From contig JBBQJW010000004.1 in NCBI GenBank assembly GCA_038326325.1, positions 57,417 to 121,416 of the forward strand: a stretch of 64,000 nt of DNA, in the 5' to 3' direction. Under the pieces are notes generated by a model. The model was not told where the DNA came from and ran no database searches. It worked only from the letters and a program-made list of their open reading frames with translations. This DNA comes from Chitinophagales bacterium. Its GTDB lineage: Bacteria; Bacteroidota; Bacteroidia; Chitinophagales; UBA10324. Of the stretch, positions 10,457-19,900 are shown one piece after another. Numbering within the stretch: the stretch's first letter is position 1; each line of letters begins with the position of its first letter. The position numbers and the translations under genes were made by a program.

Positions 10457-10697
10457 AGCTGCGAAAAAAATGCTGAGTTACATGAAGCATCAAATCACCA
10501 TCAATGAATTGGTTGATTGGGCGGAGAATGCCGCGATGGAAGGAAAATTCAAATCAGGTCAGGAAAAAATATTGCGTGAAGTTACGGGGCGCATCGGAGT
10601 TGCTGATGTAAAAGCATTCGGATTAACTTGGGAAGATTGTGATTCGCTCATGAAAAAACTTGGATTCAAAATTCGTATTGAAGCAATTGCCGCTTAA
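10437..10697 (+). CDS. Hypothetical small acidic protein (about 86 aa)
   Basis: The ATG at 10437 (MEITKDKAAKK...) lies inside the 3' end of the upstream ORF. The track start at 10407 is a TTG. Confidence 0.4.
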   Translation: MEITKDKAAKKMLSYMKHQITINELVDWAENAAMEGKFKSGQEKILREVTGRIGVADVKAFGLTWEDCDSLMKKLGFKIRIEAIAA

Positions 10698-10742
10698 GTA
10701 ATTTTTTTGGAATACGGTGTAACACCCACTAAACCTCTCATA

Positions 10743-10763
10743 CTTGCGAAGCAATCTGTAAAG
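10743..10763. repeat. Short copy of dispersed TTGCGAAGCAATCTrTAA element
   Basis: CTTGCGAAGCAATCTGTAAAG resembles TTTTGAAGCAATCTATAATAG at 44504-44524. Confidence 0.4.
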
Positions 10764-10769
10764 ATTTAA

Positions 10770-11291
10770 TTAATTTGTAACAGATAAATTTTTATCTAAT
10801 TGAAAAGTATCAGTTTTTAGAATAAGAGCACCTAAGCCATTTTTCCCTCTATACTTATGTGTTATTGAAAAACCTATAAACTCTTGTTTAAAATTATTTC
10901 TTAATCCATCCAAATAAATATGAATTAAACTATCTCTTTTTCTATAACTCTTTTGCATTTCTCTCATTTCCTTAATTGCAGGTATTTTCTCAACATCAAA
11001 AGTGTAGCCCTGTGAAGAATTTTCATCTTTCAAATTCTGAACCTGCTCGTCTATATATGTATTAGTGTTTTTAATTGTATCGATAATAGCCAAACTATCC
11101 TGATACTGTTTAAGGGAAACAACTGAACTAAAAGTAGAATCTAATTTTCCAAACTCAACAGATTCATAGCTTGAAGCATCATTAAGATTTTTTTGTAAAT
11201 AATCTCTAACTGATTTTTCTGCTATTTGTTGAGGATTCTGACTACAGGAAATAATAAAGGAAGAGATGATTAAAATGCATAGATTTTTCAT
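10770..11291 (-). CDS. Hypothetical lipoprotein (173 aa)
   Basis: MKNLCILIISSFIISCSQ is a signal peptide plus lipobox Cys. I recognise no domain. Confidence 0.5.
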   Translation of the reverse strand: MKNLCILIISSFIISCSQNPQQIAEKSVRDYLQKNLNDASSYESVEFGKLDSTFSSVVSLKQYQDSLAIIDTIKNTNTYIDEQVQNLKDENSSQGYTFDVEKIPAIKEMREMQKSYRKRDSLIHIYLDGLRNNFKQEFIGFSITHKYRGKNGLGALILKTDTFQLDKNLSVTN

Positions 11292-11366
11292 GGGTTCAAA
11301 TTTTGATTATTTATTTTTTGATAATATTTATTTAAAAATTTGGCAGTGTTATACCTGTTGATGTTT

Positions 11367-11822
11367 TCATTTATTCATTCTCAAAGAATCAACTTGTGTT
11401 TGTAAAATTTTTACATGGTCATTTAATTTATCAATTTTATTGGTCGAGGTATTTGTAAAATATAATGCAAGGGCGGCTATTAAAATTGAAATTCCAGGAA
11501 GTATAATTTTTAAGGGGTCGTAAATATTATCCCAGAATTCCTTTCGTCCTTCTTTCAAAAATTTTTTATTAATGTAGCTCTGTCTCCCTTTTGAAGTAAT
11601 TACCATGTCGTGTGTGCCTTTCAAATCAAAACAACATTCAACCTCTTTCTCTTCGTTAAGTAATTCATGAAATATATCAATATCAGCGATAGGAATATTC
11701 GTTCTTTTTGCAATTTCAATATTCGAAAGTCGAATCTTAGGGATTTGAGGATTTTTTTCTTTTCCTGCACTATCAAAAAGTTCTTGCAAAATTATATGCC
11801 TAATTTTATATTGTTTTCTCAT
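11367..11822 (-). CDS. Hypothetical protein: N-terminal HTH-like region, one TM helix, C-terminal coiled coil
   Basis: PGISILIAALALYF is a hydrophobic helix, followed by KIDKLNDHVKILQTQVDSLR. The N-terminal 80 aa look like a small wHTH, which is inference only. Confidence 0.45.
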   Translation of the reverse strand: MRKQYKIRHIILQELFDSAGKEKNPQIPKIRLSNIEIAKRTNIPIADIDIFHELLNEEKEVECCFDLKGTHDMVITSKGRQSYINKKFLKEGRKEFWDNIYDPLKIILPGISILIAALALYFTNTSTNKIDKLNDHVKILQTQVDSLRMNK

Positions 11823-11928
11823 AATACTTTTTTAGTTTGTTGGTATTTCTAACCCTATTCTCATGTTTGTGTGTTTTCACCAGCAGGGTTTTATCGCTCA
11901 CAAGGTAATTAAAATCAATCAAAAAATA

Positions 11929-11951
11929 AAAGTTCACAAAAAGTGAACTTT
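11929..11951. promoter_or_regulatory. Perfect inverted repeat AAAGTTCAC-N5-GTGAACTTT (candidate HigA operator)
   Basis: 9-bp arms with a 5-bp spacer, ending 14 bp upstream of the candidate -7 box of higB. Confidence 0.4.
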
Positions 11952-11964
11952 AAAAAATCTGCGA

Positions 11965-11972
11965 TATATTTG
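11965..11972 (+). promoter_or_regulatory. Candidate -7 box (TAtaTTTG) of the higBA operon
   Basis: Exact TAnnTTTG ending 1 nt before the higB ATG (11974). This implies a leaderless or near-leaderless mRNA if it is the real promoter. Confidence 0.35.
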
Positions 11973-11973
11973 T

Positions 11974-12264
11974 ATGCGAATTCACCTGATAAAAAAACAA
12001 ACGATTGAAGATTACGCAAGGCAAAATGCAAGAAGCAGAAGTTCATTCGCGATATGGTTCACCGCAATCCGATACGCTGATTGGAACGAACCGAAAGACA
12101 TGCAAAAAACTTTCGGCTCCGCCGACTTGCTTGGCAAAAACTGCAATAGAGTTGTGTTTGACATCGGTGGAAACAATTACAGAATGATTTGCAAGTATGT
12201 TTTCGGAGAAAAGGAAATTCATTTGTTCGTGTGCTGGATTGGAATACACGCCGAATACGATTAA
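11974..12264 (+). CDS. higB: Type II toxin HigB (mRNA interferase, HigB_toxin family)
   Basis: WNEPKDMQKTFGSADLL..NRVVFDIGGNNYRMICKY...IGIHAEYD matches the conserved HigB pattern. Toxin-first gene order. Confidence 0.85.
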   Translation: MRIHLIKKQTIEDYARQNARSRSSFAIWFTAIRYADWNEPKDMQKTFGSADLLGKNCNRVVFDIGGNNYRMICKYVFGEKEIHLFVCWIGIHAEYD

Positions 12265-12316
12265 CTCTGTAAAAAGAACGAGCAATACACTGTAAACAAT
12301 TTCTAAAAAAATAAAA

Positions 12317-12757
12317 ATGGAAACACTCAAATATAAAATCATCAAAAGCAAAAGGCAATACAATGAGTATTGTAATCAGCTTGAAGAATTGGTGAGTGTG
12401 AGAAGCAAGACAAAATCACTAAATGAAGAAATTGAACTGCTTACTTTCTTAATTGAAAAATGGGATGGCGAGCATAATACATTTAACGATTCAGACCCGA
12501 TTCAACTTTTAAAATCACTAATGAGCGAATATGACATGAAAGCAATTTCATTAGCCGCGACTTTAGGAGTAAGCAAAGGTTTGGTTTCAGATATTTTGAG
12601 TTACAAAAAAGGTTTGAGTAAAGAAATTATCAGAAAACTTTCTTCCACTTTTAAATTATCGCACGAAGCATTCAACAGGCATTATGACCTTATTACTTCC
12701 ATGAACGCAAGACACTCTAAAAATAAAATTGCAAACTCAGGAAGGCGAGCCGCATAA
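12317..12757 (+). CDS. higA: Antitoxin HigA (XRE-type HTH transcriptional regulator)
   Basis: N-terminal Y..Y...EEL region, DPIQLLKSLMSEYDMK, and an HTH at ISLAATLGVSKGLVSDILSYKKGLSKEIIRKL. It lies immediately downstream of higB. Confidence 0.8.
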   Translation: METLKYKIIKSKRQYNEYCNQLEELVSVRSKTKSLNEEIELLTFLIEKWDGEHNTFNDSDPIQLLKSLMSEYDMKAISLAATLGVSKGLVSDILSYKKGLSKEIIRKLSSTFKLSHEAFNRHYDLITSMNARHSKNKIANSGRRAA

Positions 12758-12773
12758 TTTTTCAATTCCCAAT

Positions 12774-12808
12774 ATTCACAATTCACGATTGACCATTCAC
12801 CCTTCACT
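12774..12808. repeat. Tandem heptamer array ATTCACY x5
   Basis: ATTCACA|ATTCACG|ATTGACC|ATTCACC|CTTCACT between convergent higA and the methyltransferase gene. The same unit recurs at 14268-14281 and 28763-28790. Confidence 0.65.
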
Positions 12809-13832
12809 ATTTTTTCTCAAACACCAATCTCGCATGGTCCATTATTTCGCGCTCGAAGCAAACACGGTTTGGTCGCACGCGAAGCAGCGCCCATTGATAA
12901 CGAAATTCCTTATCAATAAAATATTTTGGAATCAAAGACAAGTACCACAGGTATTTTTTCCATTGGAATTTGTAGTAAAGTTTTGTCCACTCGCGGTTGG
13001 TTCTCACATAATCTAATCGTCCGCTGCTGTAATAAATTTTCTTGAGGTAAGGTTCTGCCACGCGAATAATGTGTTCGTGTCCGTACGACAACCACGAATC
13101 AGGATTGTGCTTGGTGAGCAGCGCGAGAATGTATTCGCTTGAATCTTTCGGCGCGTTGATGTCAAACTTTTCGTAAGGCAGCATGTTCTTGCTGAACACC
13201 ATCGCCTGCATGTAAAAACGGCAACCGGGTTTCAGTAAATCAAAAACATGATGGAAGTAATCGTCGTACACCGCATCCTGTTTTCCATCTGTAAAATCTT
13301 TTACCGAAGCCACATGTTCGAAACTTCCGAAAGCTGTTACAGCGTCAAACATCCCGAAATCTTCTGGTGTAACATAACGGGCGTCTTTCAAATAAACTTC
13401 CAGTCCGTTTTTGCGACAGGCAGCAGCTTGTCCTTCTGAAAGATTTACACCGATGGCTTTGCAGCCGATATTTTTTTTCAGCCACATGAGCCAGCCGCCC
13501 CATCCGCAACCAAGGTCGAGCACTCTGCTGTCTTTTGTAATTCGCAACTGGTCGGCGACAAAACGATATTTTTTTTCCTGTGCCTGGTCGAGCGTCAACG
13601 AATAATCGCCATCGTAAAACGCGTTGCTGAAATGCGCGTTCTCACCCAGACTATAACGGACAAATTTGTCGAGGTTGGTATAGGTGAAATTCATTTCCTT
13701 GGCTTTGTCCCACTGCTGACCTTCTGTATAACTCTTACTGTTGCCGCGCCATTTTCCATCGGCTTCCTCAACAACTACTTTTTGTTTCGCCTTGGTTTCA
13801 GGAATCAAAACTTCTTCAGTTTGCTGACTCAT
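12807..13832 (-). CDS. Class I SAM-dependent methyltransferase (cyclopropane-fatty-acyl-phospholipid synthase-like)
   Basis: VLDLGCGWGGWLMWL SAM-binding motif I, with overall length and pattern resembling the CFA/mycolic acid methyltransferase family. Confidence 0.75.
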   Translation of the reverse strand: MSQQTEEVLIPETKAKQKVVVEEADGKWRGNSKSYTEGQQWDKAKEMNFTYTNLDKFVRYSLGENAHFSNAFYDGDYSLTLDQAQEKKYRFVADQLRITKDSRVLDLGCGWGGWLMWLKKNIGCKAIGVNLSEGQAAACRKNGLEVYLKDARYVTPEDFGMFDAVTAFGSFEHVASVKDFTDGKQDAVYDDYFHHVFDLLKPGCRFYMQAMVFSKNMLPYEKFDINAPKDSSEYILALLTKHNPDSWLSYGHEHIIRVAEPYLKKIYYSSGRLDYVRTNREWTKLYYKFQWKKYLWYLSLIPKYFIDKEFRYQWALLRVRPNRVCFEREIMDHARLVFEKK

Positions 13833-13975
13833 ATTGGTTTTAGTTTTATGATTTAAAAGTAAAACTGCGTTTCGTTTTTCAAAATAAAAAGAAAATATTT
13901 TTTTTGAAATTCTAATCGCTTGAGAATGGGATATTCTATAAATGAAAAAAGAAGTAAAAGTTACAGGTGATAAAA

Positions 13976-14189
13976 TTACACATCTTCAAATAATTCACGA
14001 ACAGGTTTGCCTTTCAGTTTGCCTTGCTTAATTAATTTTCATTTCTTCCACGCCCTTTTTTATTCCAGCAAGAATTTGTTTTTTGTTTCCATCATCTTGA
14101 ATAGTAAATCTTTTAACAAATTTTAAATGCTTGAGTAATTCAAGAAAGAAATCTGCTTTATTATCTTTTATTTCAATCGTGATTTTCAT
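13976..14189 (-). pseudogene. Small antitoxin-like gene apparently split by a +1 frameshift in a T4/A4 run
   Basis: The frame from the ATG at 14189 reads MKITIEIKDNKADFFLELLKHLKFVKRFTIQDDGNKKQILAGIKKGVEEMKIN* (stop at 14030..14028). Removing one base of the TTTT run (14036-14039) gives ...GVEEMKLIKQGKLKGKPVRELFEDV* ending at 13976. That tail is a conserved C-terminal signature as I remember it from small Bacteroidota proteins. Confidence 0.45.
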
Positions 14190-14267
14190 TTGGAATTTTA
14201 TTGAGTCTAAAAATAATTTAAAGGAACCTCATTTGTTCAATTGAATTTCAGGGGATAAAAATTGAGC

Positions 14268-14281
14268 ATTCACCATTCACA
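14268..14281. repeat. ATTCACY heptamer x2
   Basis: ATTCACC|ATTCACA just downstream of the VWA gene stop. Confidence 0.5.
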
Positions 14282-14285
14282 ATTT

Positions 14286-15422
14286 TTACAACTTCGATCT
14301 CATTTTCACCTCTTCAAGCAAGGCATTCTGTTGCGAAGTATTTTTAATTTTCACATAACCTGCATTCAGTTTTGACGAAAGTTTTTGTAAAATTTTTTGT
14401 GATTCATTGTCCTTGCCTATTCCAACGATGGTGAAATTCTTTTGACGAGTATCTTCATTTAATTTTTCCAGAGATTTTTCCGGCATATCAAAACCTCCAT
14501 CAGTGAGAATAAAAATCTGGTTGTTACCTGATGAAATGTAATTCTGCAAAAGAGTGGAAACTCCCAAATCAAATCCCGCTGAAATATTCGTCGTGCCTCG
14601 CGCCTCCAGCGATTGAATAATGCTATCCATCAATTCATGATTGCTTCCGTTATTCGGAGGAAGAATTAATTCCGCGCCATTGCTGAACGACACGATGGAT
14701 ACTTTATCAATTCCTCGCGTCTGGCTCAATAATTTCTCCAATGATTTTTTCAGCAATTCAATTTTATCATCCTTCAGCATCGAAGAAGAAACATCCACGA
14801 CAAATACAATGTTATTAGCCGAGAATTCTGAAACTGGAAATTCAGGTGTGGAAACGGAATCAATTGGTTGTGGCGGAACGGCAACCGTATCAAACGCGAT
14901 TGGTGGTGTAACAGAAAGAATAATGGAATCTGATTTTTCAAGCGGACGAAGAACAATTATATCGTCTATCGGAACATCAGGAGGTTTTTCTTTTGTCGTG
15001 AAAGTGATAAGTGGTGCAGTCGGCTGGTAACTGTTCGGCTCATTAAATCTGGCGCAGTGTAACATCGCATTGTCAATGTGTTTTATGTTGCCGGTCATTT
15101 TTAGCTCAACAGGTTTGTTACTGTCGCTCAAATAAACTTTTATGCTTTCGTTAAATCCTCCCGCTGTAACAGGTTCATAATTTATTTGCAGAATTCCGGT
15201 ATCGCCCGGTTGAATGCCTGTTGGTTTCTGATACGAAATATTTTCCCCACCATTTACAATCAGTACGAAAACAGTTTTGTTTCCACGATTAACAAACCGA
15301 AAATCAGATTGCAGTTTGCTTACCGATTCCAGAGTTCCGTAATTGTGAGTGGAAACAATGGGCAATGTTTGAGCGAATGAAATTTTTGAGAATAATAAAA
15401 GGAGAAGGAATATTTTTTTCAA
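14286..15422 (-). CDS. Secreted VWA domain protein with N-terminal DUF1573-like Ig-fold domain
   Basis: Signal peptide and MIDAS motif IVFVVDVSSSM (DxSxS), with later TTN and TDGG elements. The N-terminal FRFVNRGNKTVFV...GILQINYEP pattern resembles DUF1573. Apparent TTG start. Confidence 0.75.
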   Translation of the reverse strand: MKKIFLLLLLFSKISFAQTLPIVSTHNYGTLESVSKLQSDFRFVNRGNKTVFVLIVNGGENISYQKPTGIQPGDTGILQINYEPVTAGGFNESIKVYLSDSNKPVELKMTGNIKHIDNAMLHCARFNEPNSYQPTAPLITFTTKEKPPDVPIDDIIVLRPLEKSDSIILSVTPPIAFDTVAVPPQPIDSVSTPEFPVSEFSANNIVFVVDVSSSMLKDDKIELLKKSLEKLLSQTRGIDKVSIVSFSNGAELILPPNNGSNHELMDSIIQSLEARGTTNISAGFDLGVSTLLQNYISSGNNQIFILTDGGFDMPEKSLEKLNEDTRQKNFTIVGIGKDNESQKILQKLSSKLNAGYVKIKNTSQQNALLEEVKMRSKL

Positions 15423-15467
15423 TTGGAAAAATCAGAATTGAATAACGAAGATTAATGTGAAAATATT

Positions 15468-15824
15468 TTATTGACTCAATTCTTTTGTAAGGGCAATTTT
15501 TAATTTAGGAAGATGAATGTTGCATATGTCATAGACGATTTCGTAATCAAGTAATTCGTAATGATGAGATATAAAATCTCTGAACATTACAATATCACCC
15601 CAGTTTATTTCAGGATATTTTGATTGAATCTCTGGAATTAATTTCAATAATTTTTTTGTGCTCTCGCCTGCCGCCTGAAGGCGCATTCCTATTGCATCCA
15701 ATATTAAATTTCCATCCCGTGAATCAATGAAATCGTTCGCGTTTTTTATTCCAGCGAATCGGATTTCGCAAACTTCAATATGTTCAAGAATGATTCTTAA
15801 AATTTGTTTTTGTGAATCAGACAT
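15468..15824 (-). CDS. hepT: HepT-like toxin (DUF86 / nucleotidyltransferase substrate-binding family)
   Basis: Rx4HxY motif present as RDFISHHY. Length of 118 aa. It overlaps the upstream MntA gene by 8 nt. Confidence 0.85.
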   Translation of the reverse strand: MSDSQKQILRIILEHIEVCEIRFAGIKNANDFIDSRDGNLILDAIGMRLQAAGESTKKLLKLIPEIQSKYPEINWGDIVMFRDFISHHYELLDYEIVYDICNIHLPKLKIALTKELSQ

Positions 15825-16107
15825 AAATAATATCAGTTCCTACAATTGAATAAAACCTTGATGTTAGATGATTACCCTCTCGAACAATATCAATTTTGTT
15901 TTTGAAACGCTCTTCTAGAAAACGGCTAACTCCCATGAGCAAACTAAAATCAGGCGTACTCAATTTTACCAGAATATCAATATCACTTTTCGCGTTCTGT
16001 TCATTGCGCGCATAAGAACCAAACAACGCAATTTTTTCCACTCCAAATTTTTCTGAGAGTGTCGCTTTGTCTGACTTAAGAGTGCTGATAATTTGTTCGC
16101 GATTCAT
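15817..16107 (-). CDS. mntA: MntA-like nucleotidyltransferase antitoxin
   Basis: GSYARNEQNAKSDIDILV matches the GSxxRGx(n)SDxDxxV minimal nucleotidyltransferase motif. Length of 96 aa. Confidence 0.85.
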   Translation of the reverse strand: MNREQIISTLKSDKATLSEKFGVEKIALFGSYARNEQNAKSDIDILVKLSTPDFSLLMGVSRFLEERFKNKIDIVREGNHLTSRFYSIVGTDIIYV

Positions 16108-16242
16108 GTCGCTAAATTAAGAAAGCATTATCAATTTTATTTTGAGATTCTTTATTCACTTCTGAATTTATTCATGTGCTTTTCATGTTCGTGTAAAACA
16201 CTAATTTTTTCTTCTGATTCATTTTAAACAATATACGCCTAA

Positions 16243-16872
16243 CTACCTCGGAAATAATTTATTGATTGCGTCGGTTCTTGAATGCACTTGAAGTTTCGAA
16301 TAAATATTCCGGATGTAAGTGCGCACTGTATCAACTCCCAAAAAAAGTTTGTCGCTGATTTCTTTATAACGATAACCCGCTGAAAGCAAATCGAGAATTT
16401 CTCTTTCGCGCTTCGTGAGTTGACCGAGTAAATCGGTATCTGTTTTCTTAACCGGGAAAGATGTCACCACTCGTCGGGCAATCTGCGGCGACATGGGCGA
16501 ACCGCCTGAGTGTATCAGTCGAATGGATTGCAGCAATTCGTTTTCGTCGGTGTTCTTTAAAATATATCCAGTAGCGCCCGCGCATAACGCGTTGAAAAGA
16601 TTTTCATTGTCTTCGAACACCGTGCAGATCAGAAACTGAATGGAAGAGTTGGTTGCTTTCAATTCACTGATACACTGAATGCCGCTTTTGCCCGGAAGAT
16701 TAATATCCATTAACACCACATCAACCGATTGAAGAACAGAAAAATCGGAAATAAAATCTTCAGCGTTCGTATAACTTTTCAAAAAAATAAAATCATCAGC
16801 GCTTTTGATAACCGACTCGAAATGATTTTTCAATTCCAAGTCGTCTTCAACTATTGCGATTTTTACAGACAT
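16243..16872 (-). CDS. Response regulator, NarL/LuxR family
   Basis: Receiver domain (DVVLMDINLPGKSG phospho-acceptor Asp) plus a C-terminal LuxR HTH (LTKREREILDLLSAGYRYKEISDKLFLGVDTVRTYIRNIYSKL). Confidence 0.9.
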   Translation of the reverse strand: MSVKIAIVEDDLELKNHFESVIKSADDFIFLKSYTNAEDFISDFSVLQSVDVVLMDINLPGKSGIQCISELKATNSSIQFLICTVFEDNENLFNALCAGATGYILKNTDENELLQSIRLIHSGGSPMSPQIARRVVTSFPVKKTDTDLLGQLTKREREILDLLSAGYRYKEISDKLFLGVDTVRTYIRNIYSKLQVHSRTDAINKLFPR

Positions 16873-16975
16873 CCTTTTCTATTTATAAAAACCATTTCAT
16901 CAAAAAATAATATTCATTTCTAAAATCAAATGTATTCATGAAACTAACCTCCCTCAATCGCATGATAGTAGGTAT

Positions 16976-19900
16976 TTAAGAAAATGGCAGACGCATTTTA
17001 ATAATTGTTCCTAGGGCAGATGATTGCAATTCAAAAGCGCCTTTCACTTCATCGGCCCGCTTTTTCATGTTGCGCAATCCATTGCCGAATTTGTTTTCGT
17101 CGGCTATTAAAAATCCTTTCCCGTCGTCACTAATTTTTATCAAAAGTCCTTCATCCTTCAGGTTTAATTCCAGCGTGAATTTATTCGCTCCGGAATGTTT
17201 TAGCGCATTGTTACACGCTTCTTTCAATATGAAAAGATAATTGCGTTTCACATCGGGACTTATCATTAATTCAGGTGGAACGGAAATCAATTCCGGTAAA
17301 TCAAGTTGACACTGAATGTTTGTGTTGTCGAAAAAATTTCCGCAGTAGTGTCGGGTGTAAGCGATAAGATTTTGAAGCGTGTCGTTTTCAGGATTTATGG
17401 TCCATACAATTTCACTCAGGTTTTGTATCAGGTTGCCGGATGCTTCGTTGATTTTTGTAACGGTATTTTTATTTGAAGTATCAGTTTTCAATAACTGGCG
17501 GCTCATCAGTGAAATTTTCGTGAGCCCCGCGCCGATTTCATCATGAATGTCGCGGGCGATGTGCGCTCTCACTTTTTCTATCGCCTGCTGTTTTTCCAAC
17601 TGAACAATTTGCCTGCGAAGTTTAATGGTTGACAAATACCTCACGATAAAAAGCACTACTGTTACACTAAGCAGAACCGAAAACAATTTAAACCACAGTG
17701 TTTGCCAAATGGCGGGTTCAATAATTACACTCAATATTTTTTCATGCTTGCTCCATTCACCTTGTTCAGTTCCCGCTTTAATGTGCAACTTATAATTGGC
17801 GGGATATAAATTGGTGTAACTCGCATACCTTCTGCTTCCGCAATTATTCCAGTCGTCATCATATCCTTCCAGCCAATAAGCATATTGAATTGAGGAAGAA
17901 TTTGAAAAATCAATAGCGGCGAAATCGAATGAAATAAAATTCTGATTGTGGTTTAGTTTAATTTCATTCAGAAAATTGATTTCATATTTTCCTTCATAAT
18001 TTTTATCGAATATTTTCAATGAATTTATTTTCAAAGAATAATCGGGCGCCCGAACTGGATTATAAGTTGGATTAAAAGAATAGACTCTGTTGCCATAAGC
18101 AAATGAGATTTTATCGTCAGTGCTTAATTCAAGATTTGATACTGATTTATTTGAAGGCAATCCATCGGCGGTAGTGAAATTCCGAAAAGATGAATTTGAA
18201 ATGTTGAATTGTAATAAACCTTGCACGCCATTTATCCAGAGATTATTTTTATTGTCGAAGCAAATGCTGTTTAGAAATTCAATTCTGTTTCCGTTGAGAA
18301 TATTGAACGACTTCAGAGTAAAAGCTGAATCAAGAAATAATAATCCGTTCTCTTCAGTTGTAATCCAGATGTTTTTTTTATCGTCAAAAGTGAAGTCAGT
18401 AATTCCTGACATGAGTTTGTACTTTTTATTTATTGCCTCATTAAAAAATTCAAATTGATTTGTGCTGCTGTTCATTTTGCAAAGCGAATTCCCTGAAGCC
18501 ATCCATATATTTCCAGAGGCATCTTTATTAAAACTGTTGATACTATTAAAAGAAAAATCAGGAGATAATCCTGCAACTGTTTCTAACGATGCTTTTTTTC
18601 CAGTTTGCAGGTTCAGTTTAAATAATCCATAATTCTGATTATGACTGGCGAGATAAATAATTCCGTTGTCATCCGCAATCATATCATAAACACTTAAATG
18701 GTTTTTATCTATACCAAATGCAGAAGCTACATCAAGCAGATAAATTTTATTTGTTTGCTTATTGAATAAATACAACCCTTTAGTAGTTCCAATGAATAAC
18801 GAATCATGATAATTGAGCAAACAAAATGGTTCTGCCTTAAACTCATCTGCTTGTGGCAATAGAATTATTTTTTTAACTCCTGTAACATTATCAATTGTGC
18901 AAAGCCGCCGGTTATCATAAATACTAACGAGGTAAGTAATTTTTTTTATGGTGTCTTCTTCAAACAATCCGATACTCCTTAGTTCGTTGTATTCTTTATA
19001 TGAAAAAATTTGTTTCTCCGGATTCATGATGCTGAAACCCCGTTCAGATCCAATCCATATTTTTCCATCCTTACCATTAAATAAACAGAATGCCGACAAT
19101 CCGATGAAAGAATGTTCTTCAGAAGGCTGATTCTTATAGGTGATAAATGTTTTGTTCTCTGTATCATAAATCATCAATCCTTTTTCGGTACACAACCATA
19201 ATTTATTTTTTTCCTGCGGCGCAGATTGATACACGATGTTGCTGAGATTAACAGGAGTTGAATAATCATACTTGAATTGTACGAATTTTTTCGTGTCAAG
19301 GTCAAACTGTAACAGTCCGGCTCCCCATGTGCCACACCATAAAATATTTTCATGAATTGGGTCGGCATACAAATTCAGAAAAAGATTATTGAACTGTTGA
19401 TTCAGCAAATCGGCATAATTGAAATGATAAGCGGTGAAAGATTTTGTTGCGATATTGAATTGAAACAATCCGTCGAAGCTGGCGAGCCATAAATTTCCTT
19501 TTGCATCGGAAATTAAATTGCTGATGAAATTTCTTTTGTTTACAATATTGCTATTGGCTGCCAAAGCAACGGGGCGATAATTTGCTGATGATTTTAAATC
19601 GGCTTTCAATTCGTAGATGCCTTCGCCGATGGTGCTAATCCATAAATTGTGTTCGACATCTTCGACGATACCCGTTGCCTGAATATTTTTTTTTGAAAGC
19701 ACCTGACCGTACGAAATAAAATTGTCGTGGAGCTTATCGTATAACAACAATCCCGAGAATGTGACAACCCACAATCGTTTTCGGCTATCTAAGAATAATC
19801 GTGTGATGTAGTTATTGTTTAATCCATCCTTTCCATCAATACTTTTTTTATAGTTTTTAAATTCATAACCATCGAAGCGGTTCAATCCATTCTTGGTGCC

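Noticed and set aside
12043-12363. Two overlapping 99-106-aa minus-strand ORFs
   Set aside because: They are antisense to the well-supported higB and the start of higA.
14641-15030. 129-aa plus-strand ORF
   Set aside because: It is antisense to the VWA-domain gene, which has clear motifs (MIDAS, signal peptide).
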